Assembly (NCBI GenBank): GCA_963664705.1
Contig: OY761556.1
Span: 4,864,001-4,928,000 of the forward strand
Source of the DNA: Acidobacteriota bacterium
GTDB lineage: Bacteria; Acidobacteriota; UBA6911
Direction: 5' to 3'
DNA: 64,000 nucleotides
A program made the translations under genes and the position numbers. The notes beneath the pieces are model-generated. The model was not told where the DNA came from and ran no database searches. It saw only the letters and a program-made list of their open reading frames with translations. Positions 9,580 through 20,212 of the stretch are shown piece by piece (the stretch's first letter is position 1; the number at the start of each line of letters is the position of its first letter).

Positions 9580-11079
9580 TTATGGGAAGTGCGTTCCTGG
9601 TGGCTTCGTTTCTCTCAGGATGTAAGCTTTCGCTGTTCGGCGATCAAGTCCGGCACGCCTGGCCACTTCCTCATAGGTACCCAAACGCTCATACAGAAGC
9701 CGGCAATAGCCGGCCAGCAGGGAATCCGCCGGCAGGGACCCGGATGAGATACCGGCCTGCAGCCTGGCGCACAGATCGGGGGCCAGGGCCTGTTGATCGG
9801 CTCTGTATTCACGCGTCAGCAACACGCGCCGAACTGCCTGTTCGAGTTCGCGCACATTCCCCGGCCACGAATAGTGTTTTCCCGGAGACTCCAGAATGGC
9901 GGTACGGATCTTCTCCACGATCTCGTGCGAAGATTCTCCAGTCAGACGGTTGACTATCAGGGTGATCAGGTCTTTGAGCTCTTCCGGTTCCTCGACAATG
10001 CGCTGCCGCAGCGGTGGAACCTCGATGACATCCGAGCAAAGTCGATAATAAAAATCCTCTCGAAACTGGCCGCCCGCCCGCAGCTTCTCCAATGGTTTGT
10101 TCGTCGCCGCGATGACCCGTCCGCGGAATCGCAGCTTCTCGTGAGAGCCGACCGGCGAGAAAATTCGCTCCTGAAGAACGTGCAGCAGTTTAATCTGGAT
10201 TGGGATGCTGGCATCTCCAATCTCATCAAGAAATATCGCTCCGTAAGGGCTGCACCGGGCAAATATGCCCTGATGGGCCTCAACCGCTCCCGTGAAAGCA
10301 CCCTTGCGATGTCCAAACAGCTCAGATTCAATCAGATTTTCGGGAAACTGCGAAAGATTCAACGAGGTGAAACTGCCGGTAAAACTGTCGGCGAACACTC
10401 CCTTTTTCTCATCAAAGGGAATAAACCCCGAACGGCCGATCGCGGCGGCCGCCGCCCCTTTGCCGGCTCCCGTCTCCCCAAATAGCATCGTGGAGAAATC
10501 TTCCATCCGGTTCCACAGGTGCCGCTCATAGAGACGGATGTCGTGCGTGAACACGTTGTTCCAAAGATGGCGGCGCAGCTGCTTCATAGACTCGCTGCTC
10601 CCGACCAGGCCGCGATCAATGAAGTAGAATGCGCGACGGATCTGGAACAGGATCGCGAAATATCGCCTGGCTTCATCCGGTGTAAATCCACGCCGAACAA
10701 GAAGGCGCAGGACATCCCCCGCGATCCGAACGGGAACCGAGCGCTCACCGGCCGCGACCTGATCCACAATCAGCTCATCCAGCTGCGGCATAAACCGATA
10801 ATAGATGTCGAACATGAGAGCATAGCGGACCAGTTGCCTGTCCTCGCCGCCATATCGACGCATATCATCCAGCCCGCCCGCCTCCATGCGCCGGACCTCT
10901 TCGCTCACCCGGGAGACAATTCGCTTGTTCTGTTCATCAACGGGGACCGAAGCGTCGCACCCGGCAATCTGCAACTGGAGCTTGAAATAGGCATCGCTGA
11001 ATGGATTGGTAGCCGCCGCTTCCGCGAGCAACCGAAGGAAATCGCGATCACGACCTGACAAGCTGTTGGCATGGGTCAT
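9580..11079 (-). CDS. Sigma54-dependent transcriptional activator (bEBP) with non-receiver N-terminal domain
   Basis: GETGAGKG Walker A, ESELFGH, GAFTGA, FLDEIGD, WPGNVRELE, C-terminal HTH; start at 11079 or up to 11106. Confidence 0.9.
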   Translation of the reverse strand: MTHANSLSGRDRDFLRLLAEAAATNPFSDAYFKLQLQIAGCDASVPVDEQNKRIVSRVSEEVRRMEAGGLDDMRRYGGEDRQLVRYALMFDIYYRFMPQLDELIVDQVAAGERSVPVRIAGDVLRLLVRRGFTPDEARRYFAILFQIRRAFYFIDRGLVGSSESMKQLRRHLWNNVFTHDIRLYERHLWNRMEDFSTMLFGETGAGKGAAAAAIGRSGFIPFDEKKGVFADSFTGSFTSLNLSQFPENLIESELFGHRKGAFTGAVEAHQGIFARCSPYGAIFLDEIGDASIPIQIKLLHVLQERIFSPVGSHEKLRFRGRVIAATNKPLEKLRAGGQFREDFYYRLCSDVIEVPPLRQRIVEEPEELKDLITLIVNRLTGESSHEIVEKIRTAILESPGKHYSWPGNVRELEQAVRRVLLTREYRADQQALAPDLCARLQAGISSGSLPADSLLAGYCRLLYERLGTYEEVARRAGLDRRTAKAYILRETKPPGTHFP

Positions 11080-11219
11080 GCAAATAATGTACATCAGGTT
11101 TGCCAAATTCGTACAACAAACGATGTATCCCCTCTGCGAATTCCATCGTGAATACAGGGGAGGGCGAGGTATTTGGGCAGGGACGCCCGGAGGAAAAGCA
11201 GGGTCGTTGGCCGAGGGCT

Positions 11220-11249
11220 GATTTCAGATTTCAGATTCCAGATTTCAGA
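11220..11249. repeat. Heptamer tandem repeat (GATTYCA)x4, reverse-orientation copy of the 1849 repeat
   Basis: gatttca gatttca gattcca gatttca ga. Confidence 0.75.
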
Positions 11250-11299
11250 AGCTCAAAATCGGGGGCTGATTCCAATATTGAATTTTCGACCCTGACTTT

Positions 11300-11587
11300 T
11301 CAACAGGATAAGGCCGGGGTGTTGTCCATCTCCTCGATGAAGCTGTTCAGAACGGCGATGATCTCCTCGGCTCTCGGCAATTCATCCTGGCTTAAACCGT
11401 GAACCTGGATGTCTCCACGAAACGATATGGCGAACTGTTGTCCTTCAGGAACGATTTCGTAAGAGTCGGATTTGGGAATTGCACGGGATATCTTCAGCAA
11501 GCGCAAACGCTGGCCGCAGCTGTTGCAGGAAATGGTCAATGCCGGGATCTCTTCATTGCATGAAGGGCAGAGCGCATTTTCGTACAT
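11300..11587 (-). CDS. Small hypothetical protein with N-terminal zinc ribbon
   Basis: CPSC-x10-CNSC; AAAGGAG RBS upstream. Confidence 0.65.
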   Translation of the reverse strand: MYENALCPSCNEEIPALTISCNSCGQRLRLLKISRAIPKSDSYEIVPEGQQFAISFRGDIQVHGLSQDELPRAEEIIAVLNSFIEEMDNTPALSC

Positions 11588-12048
11588 GCCACGCTCCTTT
11601 TATATCAGTGTGGATCGAACGGTTGTGGGGGGGGGCCAATTTTCAAATAATCAAACGGATGGGATTGTAATCTTTCGCAGGAAAAAGCATTGTGATTTTG
11701 ATCACGGTCAGAGAAATAGCTATGCGGTTGGAAGCTGTGCTCCGAGGGTTTCTTTCATTCTTTTTGGAAACGACCGCGCCGCTTCGTTTCCCGGGAAACC
11801 AATCTCCTGGACTTCAAACAGGAAAATGTACCTGAAAAATAGGCTCCGGTCAGCGTACTATATCTATGGACCGCTTGACCACAAACCCTATTTCTATATG
11901 AATCAATGAGCTGCGAACAACGTTGGAGATCCATCGATGAGATTTGAATGCAGAACAAAAATCCAGATTGCTCTTGTTATATTGTGCCTGCAGATCGGCC
12001 TGGTTCCCAGTGATGCCCCGGCAGAGATGAAGAAAAGGGAGATTGTTT

Positions 12049-13581
12049 ATGGGTAAATATCTGGTGCGGATCCTGTTGGTAGCAGCTCTTGGCGTCATTC
12101 TCTTTGTTACGCCTATAGCCGCAGCAACTTGTGAGAGTGTTGCATCACTTGCATTGCCGGATGGAAAGATCACCTCGGCAACCCTGATCGCCGCAGGTTC
12201 GTTCACGCCTCCTGGCGGCGGGCTTATGATGGGCGGACCGGGTGGCTCCTCGGCCTTTAAATCGGCTCCCGCATTCTGCCGAGTCACTGCCACGCTTACG
12301 CCAACACCCGATTCAGACATCAAGATAGAGGTCTGGATGCCGGCGGATAACTGGAATAGCAAACTTGTCGGCATCGGCAACGGAGTATGGGCCGGCAGCA
12401 TCAGCTATTCGGCCCTGGCAGAGCCTCTGGCAAAGGGCTACGCCACCGTCGCAACCGATACCGGCCACGTTGGCACCGGAATGGATGCAAAATGGGCCGT
12501 CGGTCACAAGGAAAAGCTGATTGATAATGGATATCGCGCCATTCATGAAATGACGGTGAAAGCCAAGGCCTTCATCAAAGCATACTACGGGCGCAAGGAA
12601 CAGCGGTCGCTTTGGGTCAGCTGCTCCACTGGAGGTCGACAAGGGCTCATGGAAGCCTATCGCTACCCGGAAGACTATACCGGCATCTCTTCGATGGCTC
12701 CGGCGAATCACTGGTCAAGGCTGATGATTGGATCATTATGGTCCGGCTATGTCACATCAAAAGATGATGCTCACAGAGTTACACTGGCAAAAATCAATGC
12801 TGTGCATAAAGCCTTCGTCAATCAATGCGATGAGAAAGATGGGCTGAAGGATGGAATTATCAGTGACCCTGAACGCTGCCGTTTCGATCCCGAAATCATC
12901 CAATGTAAAGAAGGAGACGGCAGCGACTGCCTGACCGCTCCACAGGTTGAAGCCATGCGACAGGTTTACGCCGGCGCAAAGAATCCGCGCACCGGAGAAC
13001 AGATTCTTGCCGGTTTTCAGCCCGGAAGTGAACAGCAATTGATGGCGCTGATTGGAGGAAAGGAGCCATTCCCGGCTGCCTACTCCTATTTCCGCGATGT
13101 TGTATTCAACAACCCCCAGTGGGATTACAAATCTTTTGACTATGACAGGGACCTCGCAGCAGCCTACAAAATCGGAAGTGAAATCCTCGACGTCCCGAGC
13201 GACGGGTTATCCAAATTTTTTAAAAATGGCGGGAAGCTCCTGCTTTCGCACGGCTGGTCGGACGGCCTGATTCCGGCAGGCGGGACTGCGGTTTTCTACA
13301 AATCGATGATTGCAAAGATGGATCCAAAGGCCGCCGATTCAGCCCGGCTATTTATGTTTCCGGGGATGGGTCACTGCGGTGGTGGCGAAGCCCCCGCGGT
13401 AGCAGATATGCTTACTGTGATCGATCAGTGGGTGGAAACGGGGAAAGCTCCGGAGCGTATCATTGCAACCAATCCGCCCAATCAAAAGCCGATGTCGCGC
13501 CCGATTTGCCCTTATCCGCAGACTTCAAAATACAAGGGCTCGGGAAGCACAGAGGATGCGGCCAATTTCGAGTGCAAATAG
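12049..13581 (+). CDS. Tannase/feruloyl esterase family alpha/beta hydrolase (secreted)
   Basis: GNG, ATDTGH, SCSTGG, HGWSDG, PGMGHCGGG, RPICPYP; signal peptide; GGGAG RBS. Confidence 0.92.
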   Translation: MGKYLVRILLVAALGVILFVTPIAAATCESVASLALPDGKITSATLIAAGSFTPPGGGLMMGGPGGSSAFKSAPAFCRVTATLTPTPDSDIKIEVWMPADNWNSKLVGIGNGVWAGSISYSALAEPLAKGYATVATDTGHVGTGMDAKWAVGHKEKLIDNGYRAIHEMTVKAKAFIKAYYGRKEQRSLWVSCSTGGRQGLMEAYRYPEDYTGISSMAPANHWSRLMIGSLWSGYVTSKDDAHRVTLAKINAVHKAFVNQCDEKDGLKDGIISDPERCRFDPEIIQCKEGDGSDCLTAPQVEAMRQVYAGAKNPRTGEQILAGFQPGSEQQLMALIGGKEPFPAAYSYFRDVVFNNPQWDYKSFDYDRDLAAAYKIGSEILDVPSDGLSKFFKNGGKLLLSHGWSDGLIPAGGTAVFYKSMIAKMDPKAADSARLFMFPGMGHCGGGEAPAVADMLTVIDQWVETGKAPERIIATNPPNQKPMSRPICPYPQTSKYKGSGSTEDAANFECK

Positions 13582-13596
13582 CCTAGGGAGAAGAAC

Positions 13597-13645
13597 CACC
13601 ACGGATTTCACAAATCACCAACTCCACTTCGTGAGATCCGGGGTG
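13597..13645. repeat. Imperfect inverted repeat (REP-like), intercistronic
   Basis: accacggatttcacaaa ... ttcgtgagatccggggt. Confidence 0.5.
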
Positions 13646-13664
13646 CCTCTTTTGGAGGAGACTG

Positions 13665-15602
13665 ATGTTGACCAGCAAATATCCACACCTGCTTAAGCCG
13701 ATCAAGATTGGCAAATTGACATTGAAGAACCGCATTACCAATGCGCCAACCTATAATTTTCTGGCTTCCTACGATAACCACATAACCCGCGAGGGAATCG
13801 AGTTTTCGAAACCGGTTGGCCAGGGCGGCGCTGCCACCGTTACGCTGGGCAGCGGCTTCATCAACCGGGTATTGCCGCCTGCCGCCCGCCACATTGTCGG
13901 GCTGAATGACGATTGGGTTGTCACCTATTTGTCGGAGTGGTGTGAAGCCGTCAAACGGTATGGCGCAAAGGCTTGTGTGGAACTGGTGCCCATCGCGTCC
14001 TACTTCGGCACACACGAGGTAGAGAGTTCCGTCGGAATTCCCATGGAAATCGATTGCAATCTTTTGACCCTGCAGGAGCTTCAGGATTTCATTGCGGACT
14101 ACGCAAAATCAGCGCGCCATGTTCTAAAGGCTGAGGGGGACATGGTTTTGATTCACGGCGCTCACTGCCAGTTGCCTGCGCTGCTTTTTTCCAAGGTTTT
14201 CAACCGGCGAACCGATCAGTATGGCCCACAATCCTTCGAAAACCGGTGCCGTTTTGCGGTGGAAGTCCTGGATGCTATTCGTGCCGAAGTGGGCGACAAA
14301 CTGGCAATCGAGTATCGCATCAGCGCAATCGATATGGTTCCCGGATCGCCGGATATTGAAGAGGTCATCGAGTTTGCAAAGCGGATCCAGGGGAAGATTG
14401 ACCTGCTTCATATTTCGCGCGGCAACCTGGCCATCAACAAACAGACGCCCTTCATTTTTCCCCCGGCCTACATGGAACATGGAATCAATATTGAGCTGGC
14501 CGCTCAGTTCAAAAAGGCTTTGCAGATACCCGTCAGCGTCGTTGGAGCAGTCAGCCTGGAACAGGCGGAAGAGGCTATCGCTTCAGGCAAAGTCGATATG
14601 GTTGCGCTATGCCGTCAGCTTATAGCGGATCCGGAAACGCTCAACAAGCTGGAGCGCGGCCTGGAAGACGAGGTCCGGCCTTGTCTCCGATGCAATACCT
14701 GTATCAGCAGAAGCCATTTCGGATCGAAGCCGCCCAGATGCGCGGTGAATCCCCTGTGCGGACGCGAACTGGATTACATCCATTACCCGGCCCCAAAGCG
14801 GTCGAAAAAGGTAGTGGTCGTGGGGGGCGGACCTGCAGGTCTTGAAGCTTCAAGAATTCTCGCGGCACGGGGCCATCACGTGGTCCTGTTCGAAAAATCC
14901 GCTGAACTGGGTGGGCTTCTGTACAAGGCCGCCAAATCTCCCCTGAAATCCGACTTGAAACAGTATCTTGATTGGTCCATTCGCCTGACGAGCCGCTGCG
15001 AAAAAGTCGAGCTGAAAACCGGCATTGAAGCAACCGTGGAACGCATTGCCGAGGAGCATGCAGATGCGTTGATTCTGGCGATCGGAGGAACGCCGGTAAT
15101 TCCCAAGCTTTCGTTTTCTGATAAATCAAAGGTCGTCTGGGTGGGCGATATCGATGATGACGATGTCCGGGTGGGAAAAAACGTTTTGATTGCAGGCGCC
15201 GGCCTGACCGGTTGTGAGACGGCCTTGAGATATCTTCAGTCGGGCAGGAATGTGACTCTGATCGATGCCCTGCCCCGCGAAGAGCTTGGTTCAGGCAGCT
15301 CGCCCATCAATGCCTATGCCCTTTTCAACATTCTCGCGGATTACGCTAATCTCGAACTGCGGACCCAGACAAAATTGGCGGATGTGACAAAGGAGAATGT
15401 CACGGTCATCAAGGATGGCAAAAAGGAAACTCTGGTTTTTGATACGGTTATTCTTGCGATGGGAACACAGGTCGACATGGCGCTGATCAGCCGTTTAAGA
15501 GCCACCGTTGCGGAGTGCTATGTGGTTGGAAACTGCAGCGGAAAATCAAACACTGTCTGGAATGCCACGACCAGCGCCTTCGATGCAGCCATGGTCATCT
15601 GA
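13665..15602 (+). CDS. NADH:flavin oxidoreductase (OYE-like TIM barrel + 4Fe-4S + FAD/NAD domain; 2,4-dienoyl-CoA reductase/BaiCD-type architecture)
   Basis: PIKIGKLTLKNRI, NRRTDQYG, CLRCNTC..C, VVGGGPAGLE, GAGLTGCE; GGAGGAG RBS. Confidence 0.9.
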   Translation: MLTSKYPHLLKPIKIGKLTLKNRITNAPTYNFLASYDNHITREGIEFSKPVGQGGAATVTLGSGFINRVLPPAARHIVGLNDDWVVTYLSEWCEAVKRYGAKACVELVPIASYFGTHEVESSVGIPMEIDCNLLTLQELQDFIADYAKSARHVLKAEGDMVLIHGAHCQLPALLFSKVFNRRTDQYGPQSFENRCRFAVEVLDAIRAEVGDKLAIEYRISAIDMVPGSPDIEEVIEFAKRIQGKIDLLHISRGNLAINKQTPFIFPPAYMEHGINIELAAQFKKALQIPVSVVGAVSLEQAEEAIASGKVDMVALCRQLIADPETLNKLERGLEDEVRPCLRCNTCISRSHFGSKPPRCAVNPLCGRELDYIHYPAPKRSKKVVVVGGGPAGLEASRILAARGHHVVLFEKSAELGGLLYKAAKSPLKSDLKQYLDWSIRLTSRCEKVELKTGIEATVERIAEEHADALILAIGGTPVIPKLSFSDKSKVVWVGDIDDDDVRVGKNVLIAGAGLTGCETALRYLQSGRNVTLIDALPREELGSGSSPINAYALFNILADYANLELRTQTKLADVTKENVTVIKDGKKETLVFDTVILAMGTQVDMALISRLRATVAECYVVGNCSGKSNTVWNATTSAFDAAMVI

Positions 15603-15611
15603 GCCAATCTC

Positions 15612-15654
15612 GGTGGAATTCGTGGCTAAAAGTCCATTCGCCACGAATTCCACC
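15612..15654. terminator. Perfect 15-bp inverted repeat between convergent genes (REP-like or bidirectional terminator)
   Basis: ggtggaattcgtggc-13nt-gccacgaattccacc. Confidence 0.65.
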
Positions 15655-15762
15655 CCTTCCGCAAAAGCCTCGCTAAAACGAACTCTATTTACATCAGGTT
15701 TTGGCGCCGTGAGGATGGTTCTGTGATTACTCGAAACAAAAAGCTATCCTGCTGGACCAGAG

Positions 15763-16866
15763 CTATTGAATGCTCTGTATCTGCTCTGACATCCCTTGTT
15801 CGAAATTGCTCCATCCAGAGTTCATTCCATAGGGGCATCGTTGCAGAACAGCTTCAATACGACGGATTTTTCCTTTCTCTATCTTGAAAAGCTCCGCCTG
15901 CTGCCAGGTCCACGGCTCCGTTGGGCCGGCCACGACATCGCGACCGTCGGGCGTCTTGAAATAGCGTGTCTTGCCCGCGCCATGATCAAAGAAATTGAAG
16001 GTGAATACAATTCCGCGTTCGCGATCCACCGCGGCGAAGCGCCGGTCACGAATTCGGGAAACAAAGTGCATGAGACCGGACTCAAACTGCTTTTTGCACC
16101 CCCACGCGGAGGAATAGACTTTTTCCTTAACCGCATCCGGCATCTTTTCTCCCGGCTTCAGCGGAACATTGGTTGCTCTATTCCCATTTTCAATACGATC
16201 GCAGTCATCGGTGAAGGGATAATGCCCTTTGCCGTCATTCCGCTGCAATCCGGAGAAGTAATAATTGGCGGTTTTGATCATTTCCTCCCGCGAAGCCCGC
16301 TCCGCTTCAGGAATCGATTCCATATACACGGCGTGAGGCGCACCCATTTTCTCAATGCTCTCGGCGGCAGATGGCGGACGTTTGCGGGTCGGATCGAGTA
16401 GATTGCTTTCCGGTCGGATCACGAGCTGCTCCGCTTCGGCAATCACCCCCTTGGATATCTTCAGGCGAAGCGCAACCACCACGGGATTGCCTTCTCCTGG
16501 CGCGCCGGATTCCTCGCGGGCTGTACCGATAAATGCAACCTGCTGGGTCTCAATATCCGGAACATAAAATTTGTAAGTCCCTTTTCCAACCATGCTCGCC
16601 CATAGCCCCTCGTTTCCGAACTGCAATTGCACTCCATTCTCCGTAAACCGGACACTATCGGCAAAAAGGGCTTTGTCGGGTTCATGCTTGAGCATTGCAT
16701 CCATATATTTGTCGACGTAGCCTTCCAGGCAGGCGCGGTCACAAGCGCTTGGAGGAACAGCTTTCTGCGCAACTGCTGTTTCGGGAGAGGCGCTATCAGA
16801 AGCAGGTTTTTGACAGGCGACAACCATGAACGAAAACGCCATAACGGCGAGGCATTTCTTCCACAT
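15763..16866 (-). CDS. Hypothetical lipoprotein (CDRACL-type, two-domain)
   Basis: Lipobox VVAC; CDRACL, RFTENG, CDRIENG repeated motifs; AAGGAGG RBS. Confidence 0.75.
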   Translation of the reverse strand: MWKKCLAVMAFSFMVVACQKPASDSASPETAVAQKAVPPSACDRACLEGYVDKYMDAMLKHEPDKALFADSVRFTENGVQLQFGNEGLWASMVGKGTYKFYVPDIETQQVAFIGTAREESGAPGEGNPVVVALRLKISKGVIAEAEQLVIRPESNLLDPTRKRPPSAAESIEKMGAPHAVYMESIPEAERASREEMIKTANYYFSGLQRNDGKGHYPFTDDCDRIENGNRATNVPLKPGEKMPDAVKEKVYSSAWGCKKQFESGLMHFVSRIRDRRFAAVDRERGIVFTFNFFDHGAGKTRYFKTPDGRDVVAGPTEPWTWQQAELFKIEKGKIRRIEAVLQRCPYGMNSGWSNFEQGMSEQIQSIQ

Positions 16867-17244
16867 AACTCCTCCTTTGTTATTTATAAGTAATGAGGTG
16901 CCCTACATCAAAAGATAAGTCAGTGATAACTTACTTTAAAGCCGTTCGAGTGCGAGTGTCAACCGGGTTGCCGCTATCAGGGCGGTGAAGCCCGTGCCAC
17001 TGATGCCACCCGGCAGTGCCCCCCCCCGGCACAGAAAAACAGATTAATAACTTCCAATGAGCTTGAGCTTCATCCTAGAATATGGCTACCAGGAATTAAA
17101 CAAAGAATTAAAACCAATGCTTAATTGTGCCATCTATTCTTCGAAGAATTGGACAACCGGCACAAAATCCCATAGTCGTGGGAACCACCGATTTATCCCA
17201 AGAGTATTTTTCCTTGTAAGCATTGTTGGGCTGGAGAATGCCAT

Positions 17245-20028
17245 ATGTCACAGCATCCAGAGCAGAGCAGTTTTGTAGAGCGGATCAAGGAATTGGAATC
17301 CCGCGTGGCTCAGTTGGAATATGAAGCCACGCTCCACACCCAATCGGAACTGCAGGACCAGTTAGCCAAGATTGCCGCCTCGGTCCCTGGTTTGATCTGT
17401 TCATTTGGCATGCGCGCCGATGGTTCCACCTGCATGCCTTTCGCAACCGACCGCATTGAGGACCTCTATGGCCTTAAGTCCGCGGTGGTGCGCGAGGATT
17501 TCAGTCCAATTCTGTCACGCGTACATCCGGAAGATGCCAGCGGCCTCCAATCGGGCATTGCGGAATCGGCCCGTACCATGACGCCATGGCACGATGTTTT
17601 CCGCTATCTTCACCCGACAAAGGGAGAGGTCTGGATTGAGGGGAACTCGATGCCGCGGCGGGAACAGGATGGCAGTATCCTGTGGCACGGCTTCGTCCAT
17701 GATATTACCGAACGCAAGCGCGCCGAACTGGCGTTGCGTGAAAGCGAAGAACGATTCCGCGCGCTTTTCGAGCAGGCGGGCGTAGGCGTGGCGGAGGTCG
17801 AATCCGCCACAGGCCGATTCCTCCGCATCAACCAGCGCTATTGCGAAATCGTCGGCTACAGCCGGGAGGAGATGCTGCATCTGGATTTCCAGACGCTGAC
17901 GCATCCAGATGACTTGAAATCGGATCTGGCTCAGATGGAGCGGCTGAAAACAGGCACGATCCACAATTACATCCTGGAGAAACGCTATTACCGGAAAGAT
18001 GGCACGATCGTGTGGGTAGCGCTTACCGTTTCACCGCTGTGGTCGCCTGGTGCCGCGCCCACCAAGCATGTCGCGGTCGTGCAGGATATCACCGATCGCA
18101 AGGCCGCTGAAGCAAAGCTGCGGGAAAGCGAAGAACGTCTGAGCCTGTTTGTCGAGCATGCCCCTGCGGCTCTTGCCATGTTCGACCGCGATATGCGTTA
18201 CCTTGCGGTCAGCCGTCGCTGGATCTCCGATTTCCAACTCTACGATGCGGAGATTATTGGAAAACCTCATTACGAGATTTTCCCGGAGATCGGAAACGAT
18301 TTAAAGGATATTCATCGTCGGGGCCTCGCGGGCGAGGCGCTTAAAGGCAATGAAACTCGCTTCGTGCGTGCGGACGGTTCAGTTCAGTATGTGCATTGGG
18401 AGATGTATCCATGGAATGACAGCAATGGCACAATCGGCGGAATTGTCATCTTCATTGAGGATGTTACCGATCGCAAACACGCGGAGACCGCGCTGGGCGA
18501 AAGCAAGGAACGTTACCGGGCCCTGGTCGAAACAACCTTTGATTGGGTCTGGGAAGTGGATGCGGAGGGCAGATACACCTACGTCAGTCCTAAGATTCAG
18601 GATCTCCTGGGCTATGCGCCGGAAGAGGTTTTGGGGAAGACTCCTTTCGACTTAATGCCCGAAGACGAAGCCAAACGCGTGGGCGTCATCTTCGGCGAAA
18701 TTGCGCATCAGCGGATCCCGTTCTCCGAGTTGGAGAACTCCAATCGCCACAAAGATGGCCGCCTGGTGATTCTTGAAACCAGCGGAATCCCCATATTGGG
18801 ACAGGACGGTCAATTCAACGGCTATCGGGGCATGGATCGAGACATCACCGCACGAAGGAAAGCCGAAAGCGAGAGGGTTCGACTGGAGGATCAGTTGCTG
18901 CAGGCGCAGAAGATGGAGTCAGTGGGCCGTCTGGCAGGCGGCGTCGCGCATGACTTCAACAATATGCTCGGCGTCATTCTTGGAAATGCGGAATTGGCCC
19001 TGGCGGAGCTCGATTCAAGACAGCCCATCTGCGGCAACCTTACAGAGATTCTCGAAGCCGGCAAACGATCCGCGGAGCTTACGCGCCAGTTACTGGCATT
19101 CGCCCGAAAACAGACCATTTCCCCAAAAGTGATTCATCTAAACGAGACCATCGCGGGCATGACCAAAATGCTTAAGCGAATGATCGGCGAAAATATCGGT
19201 CTTGCATTTAAGCCCGCGGCAGATCTATGGACCGTCAGGATGGATCCCTCTCAAATCGACCAGATCCTGGCTAATTTGTGTGTCAATGCCCGCGATGCTA
19301 TTGCGGATGTCGGTCAAATCGTCATCGAATCGGAAAACAGCCTCCTGGATGAGAATTTTTGCGCATCGCGCGCAGGCGCAAAACCCGGAGCCTATGTGAA
19401 GCTGATCATCGCTGATGATGGGAGCGGCATTGATAAAGAGACCCTGGACCATATCTTCGAACCTTTCTTTACGACCAAGGAAGTCGGCCGGGGAACCGGC
19501 CTCGGGCTTGCCACCGTCTACGGCATCGTTCGGCAAAATGAAGGGTTTATTGAAGTTGAAAGTAACCAGGGGTTTGGAACTCGGTTCTCGATCTACCTGC
19601 CGCGCCACCAGGCAACCGATGACCGGACACAGTTGGAAGAGGCTCCGCCCGCCAGGCTGGGCCAGGTGACTATTCTGGTGGTTGAGGATGAACCGAGCCT
19701 CCTGAAACTGATCAGTGCAGCCCTCCGGAAACACGGCTGCACTGTTATAGAAGCAAGTGCTCCAGGTGATGCAATTCTCAGGGCCAGAGAATACACGGGC
19801 AAAATCCACCTTCTCATAACCGATCTGATCATGCCTGGAATGAATGGACGCAATCTTGCCGTTGCACTGCAGTCCGTATATCCAACAATTAAGTGCCTGT
19901 TCATGTCCGGGTATACAGCGGACATCATTGATCGTCACACTGTGCTGGAAGAAGGCGTCCACTTTATGCAGAAACCTTTTTCAACGGAGAGCCTGGCAAG
20001 GAAGGTCACGGAAGTGCTGGGCAAATAA
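17245..20028 (+). CDS. Cytoplasmic hybrid histidine kinase (4 PAS + HisKA/HATPase + receiver)
   Basis: Four PAS-PAC units ending DITxRK or similar; AHDFNN H-box; EPFFTTK, GTGLGL; VVEDE/DLIMP receiver. Confidence 0.95.
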   Translation: MSQHPEQSSFVERIKELESRVAQLEYEATLHTQSELQDQLAKIAASVPGLICSFGMRADGSTCMPFATDRIEDLYGLKSAVVREDFSPILSRVHPEDASGLQSGIAESARTMTPWHDVFRYLHPTKGEVWIEGNSMPRREQDGSILWHGFVHDITERKRAELALRESEERFRALFEQAGVGVAEVESATGRFLRINQRYCEIVGYSREEMLHLDFQTLTHPDDLKSDLAQMERLKTGTIHNYILEKRYYRKDGTIVWVALTVSPLWSPGAAPTKHVAVVQDITDRKAAEAKLRESEERLSLFVEHAPAALAMFDRDMRYLAVSRRWISDFQLYDAEIIGKPHYEIFPEIGNDLKDIHRRGLAGEALKGNETRFVRADGSVQYVHWEMYPWNDSNGTIGGIVIFIEDVTDRKHAETALGESKERYRALVETTFDWVWEVDAEGRYTYVSPKIQDLLGYAPEEVLGKTPFDLMPEDEAKRVGVIFGEIAHQRIPFSELENSNRHKDGRLVILETSGIPILGQDGQFNGYRGMDRDITARRKAESERVRLEDQLLQAQKMESVGRLAGGVAHDFNNMLGVILGNAELALAELDSRQPICGNLTEILEAGKRSAELTRQLLAFARKQTISPKVIHLNETIAGMTKMLKRMIGENIGLAFKPAADLWTVRMDPSQIDQILANLCVNARDAIADVGQIVIESENSLLDENFCASRAGAKPGAYVKLIIADDGSGIDKETLDHIFEPFFTTKEVGRGTGLGLATVYGIVRQNEGFIEVESNQGFGTRFSIYLPRHQATDDRTQLEEAPPARLGQVTILVVEDEPSLLKLISAALRKHGCTVIEASAPGDAILRAREYTGKIHLLITDLIMPGMNGRNLAVALQSVYPTIKCLFMSGYTADIIDRHTVLEEGVHFMQKPFSTESLARKVTEVLGK

Positions 20029-20212
20029 GCAAAGCCGCTACTTCAGGCGCCGGCGTCTCCCGGTGAAATCCCGTCTGCCGTCTTCTGGCTTGCTACGGGA
20101 CTCCGAACTTTTGTAAAATCTCCGCAAAGATTAGCCATGCAAACTTGCTGAAGGCTTGGGGGTCGCCCATTCTCGAGGATGTTTCGGAAGGAGCAGTACG
20201 GGTGGTTTTAGA

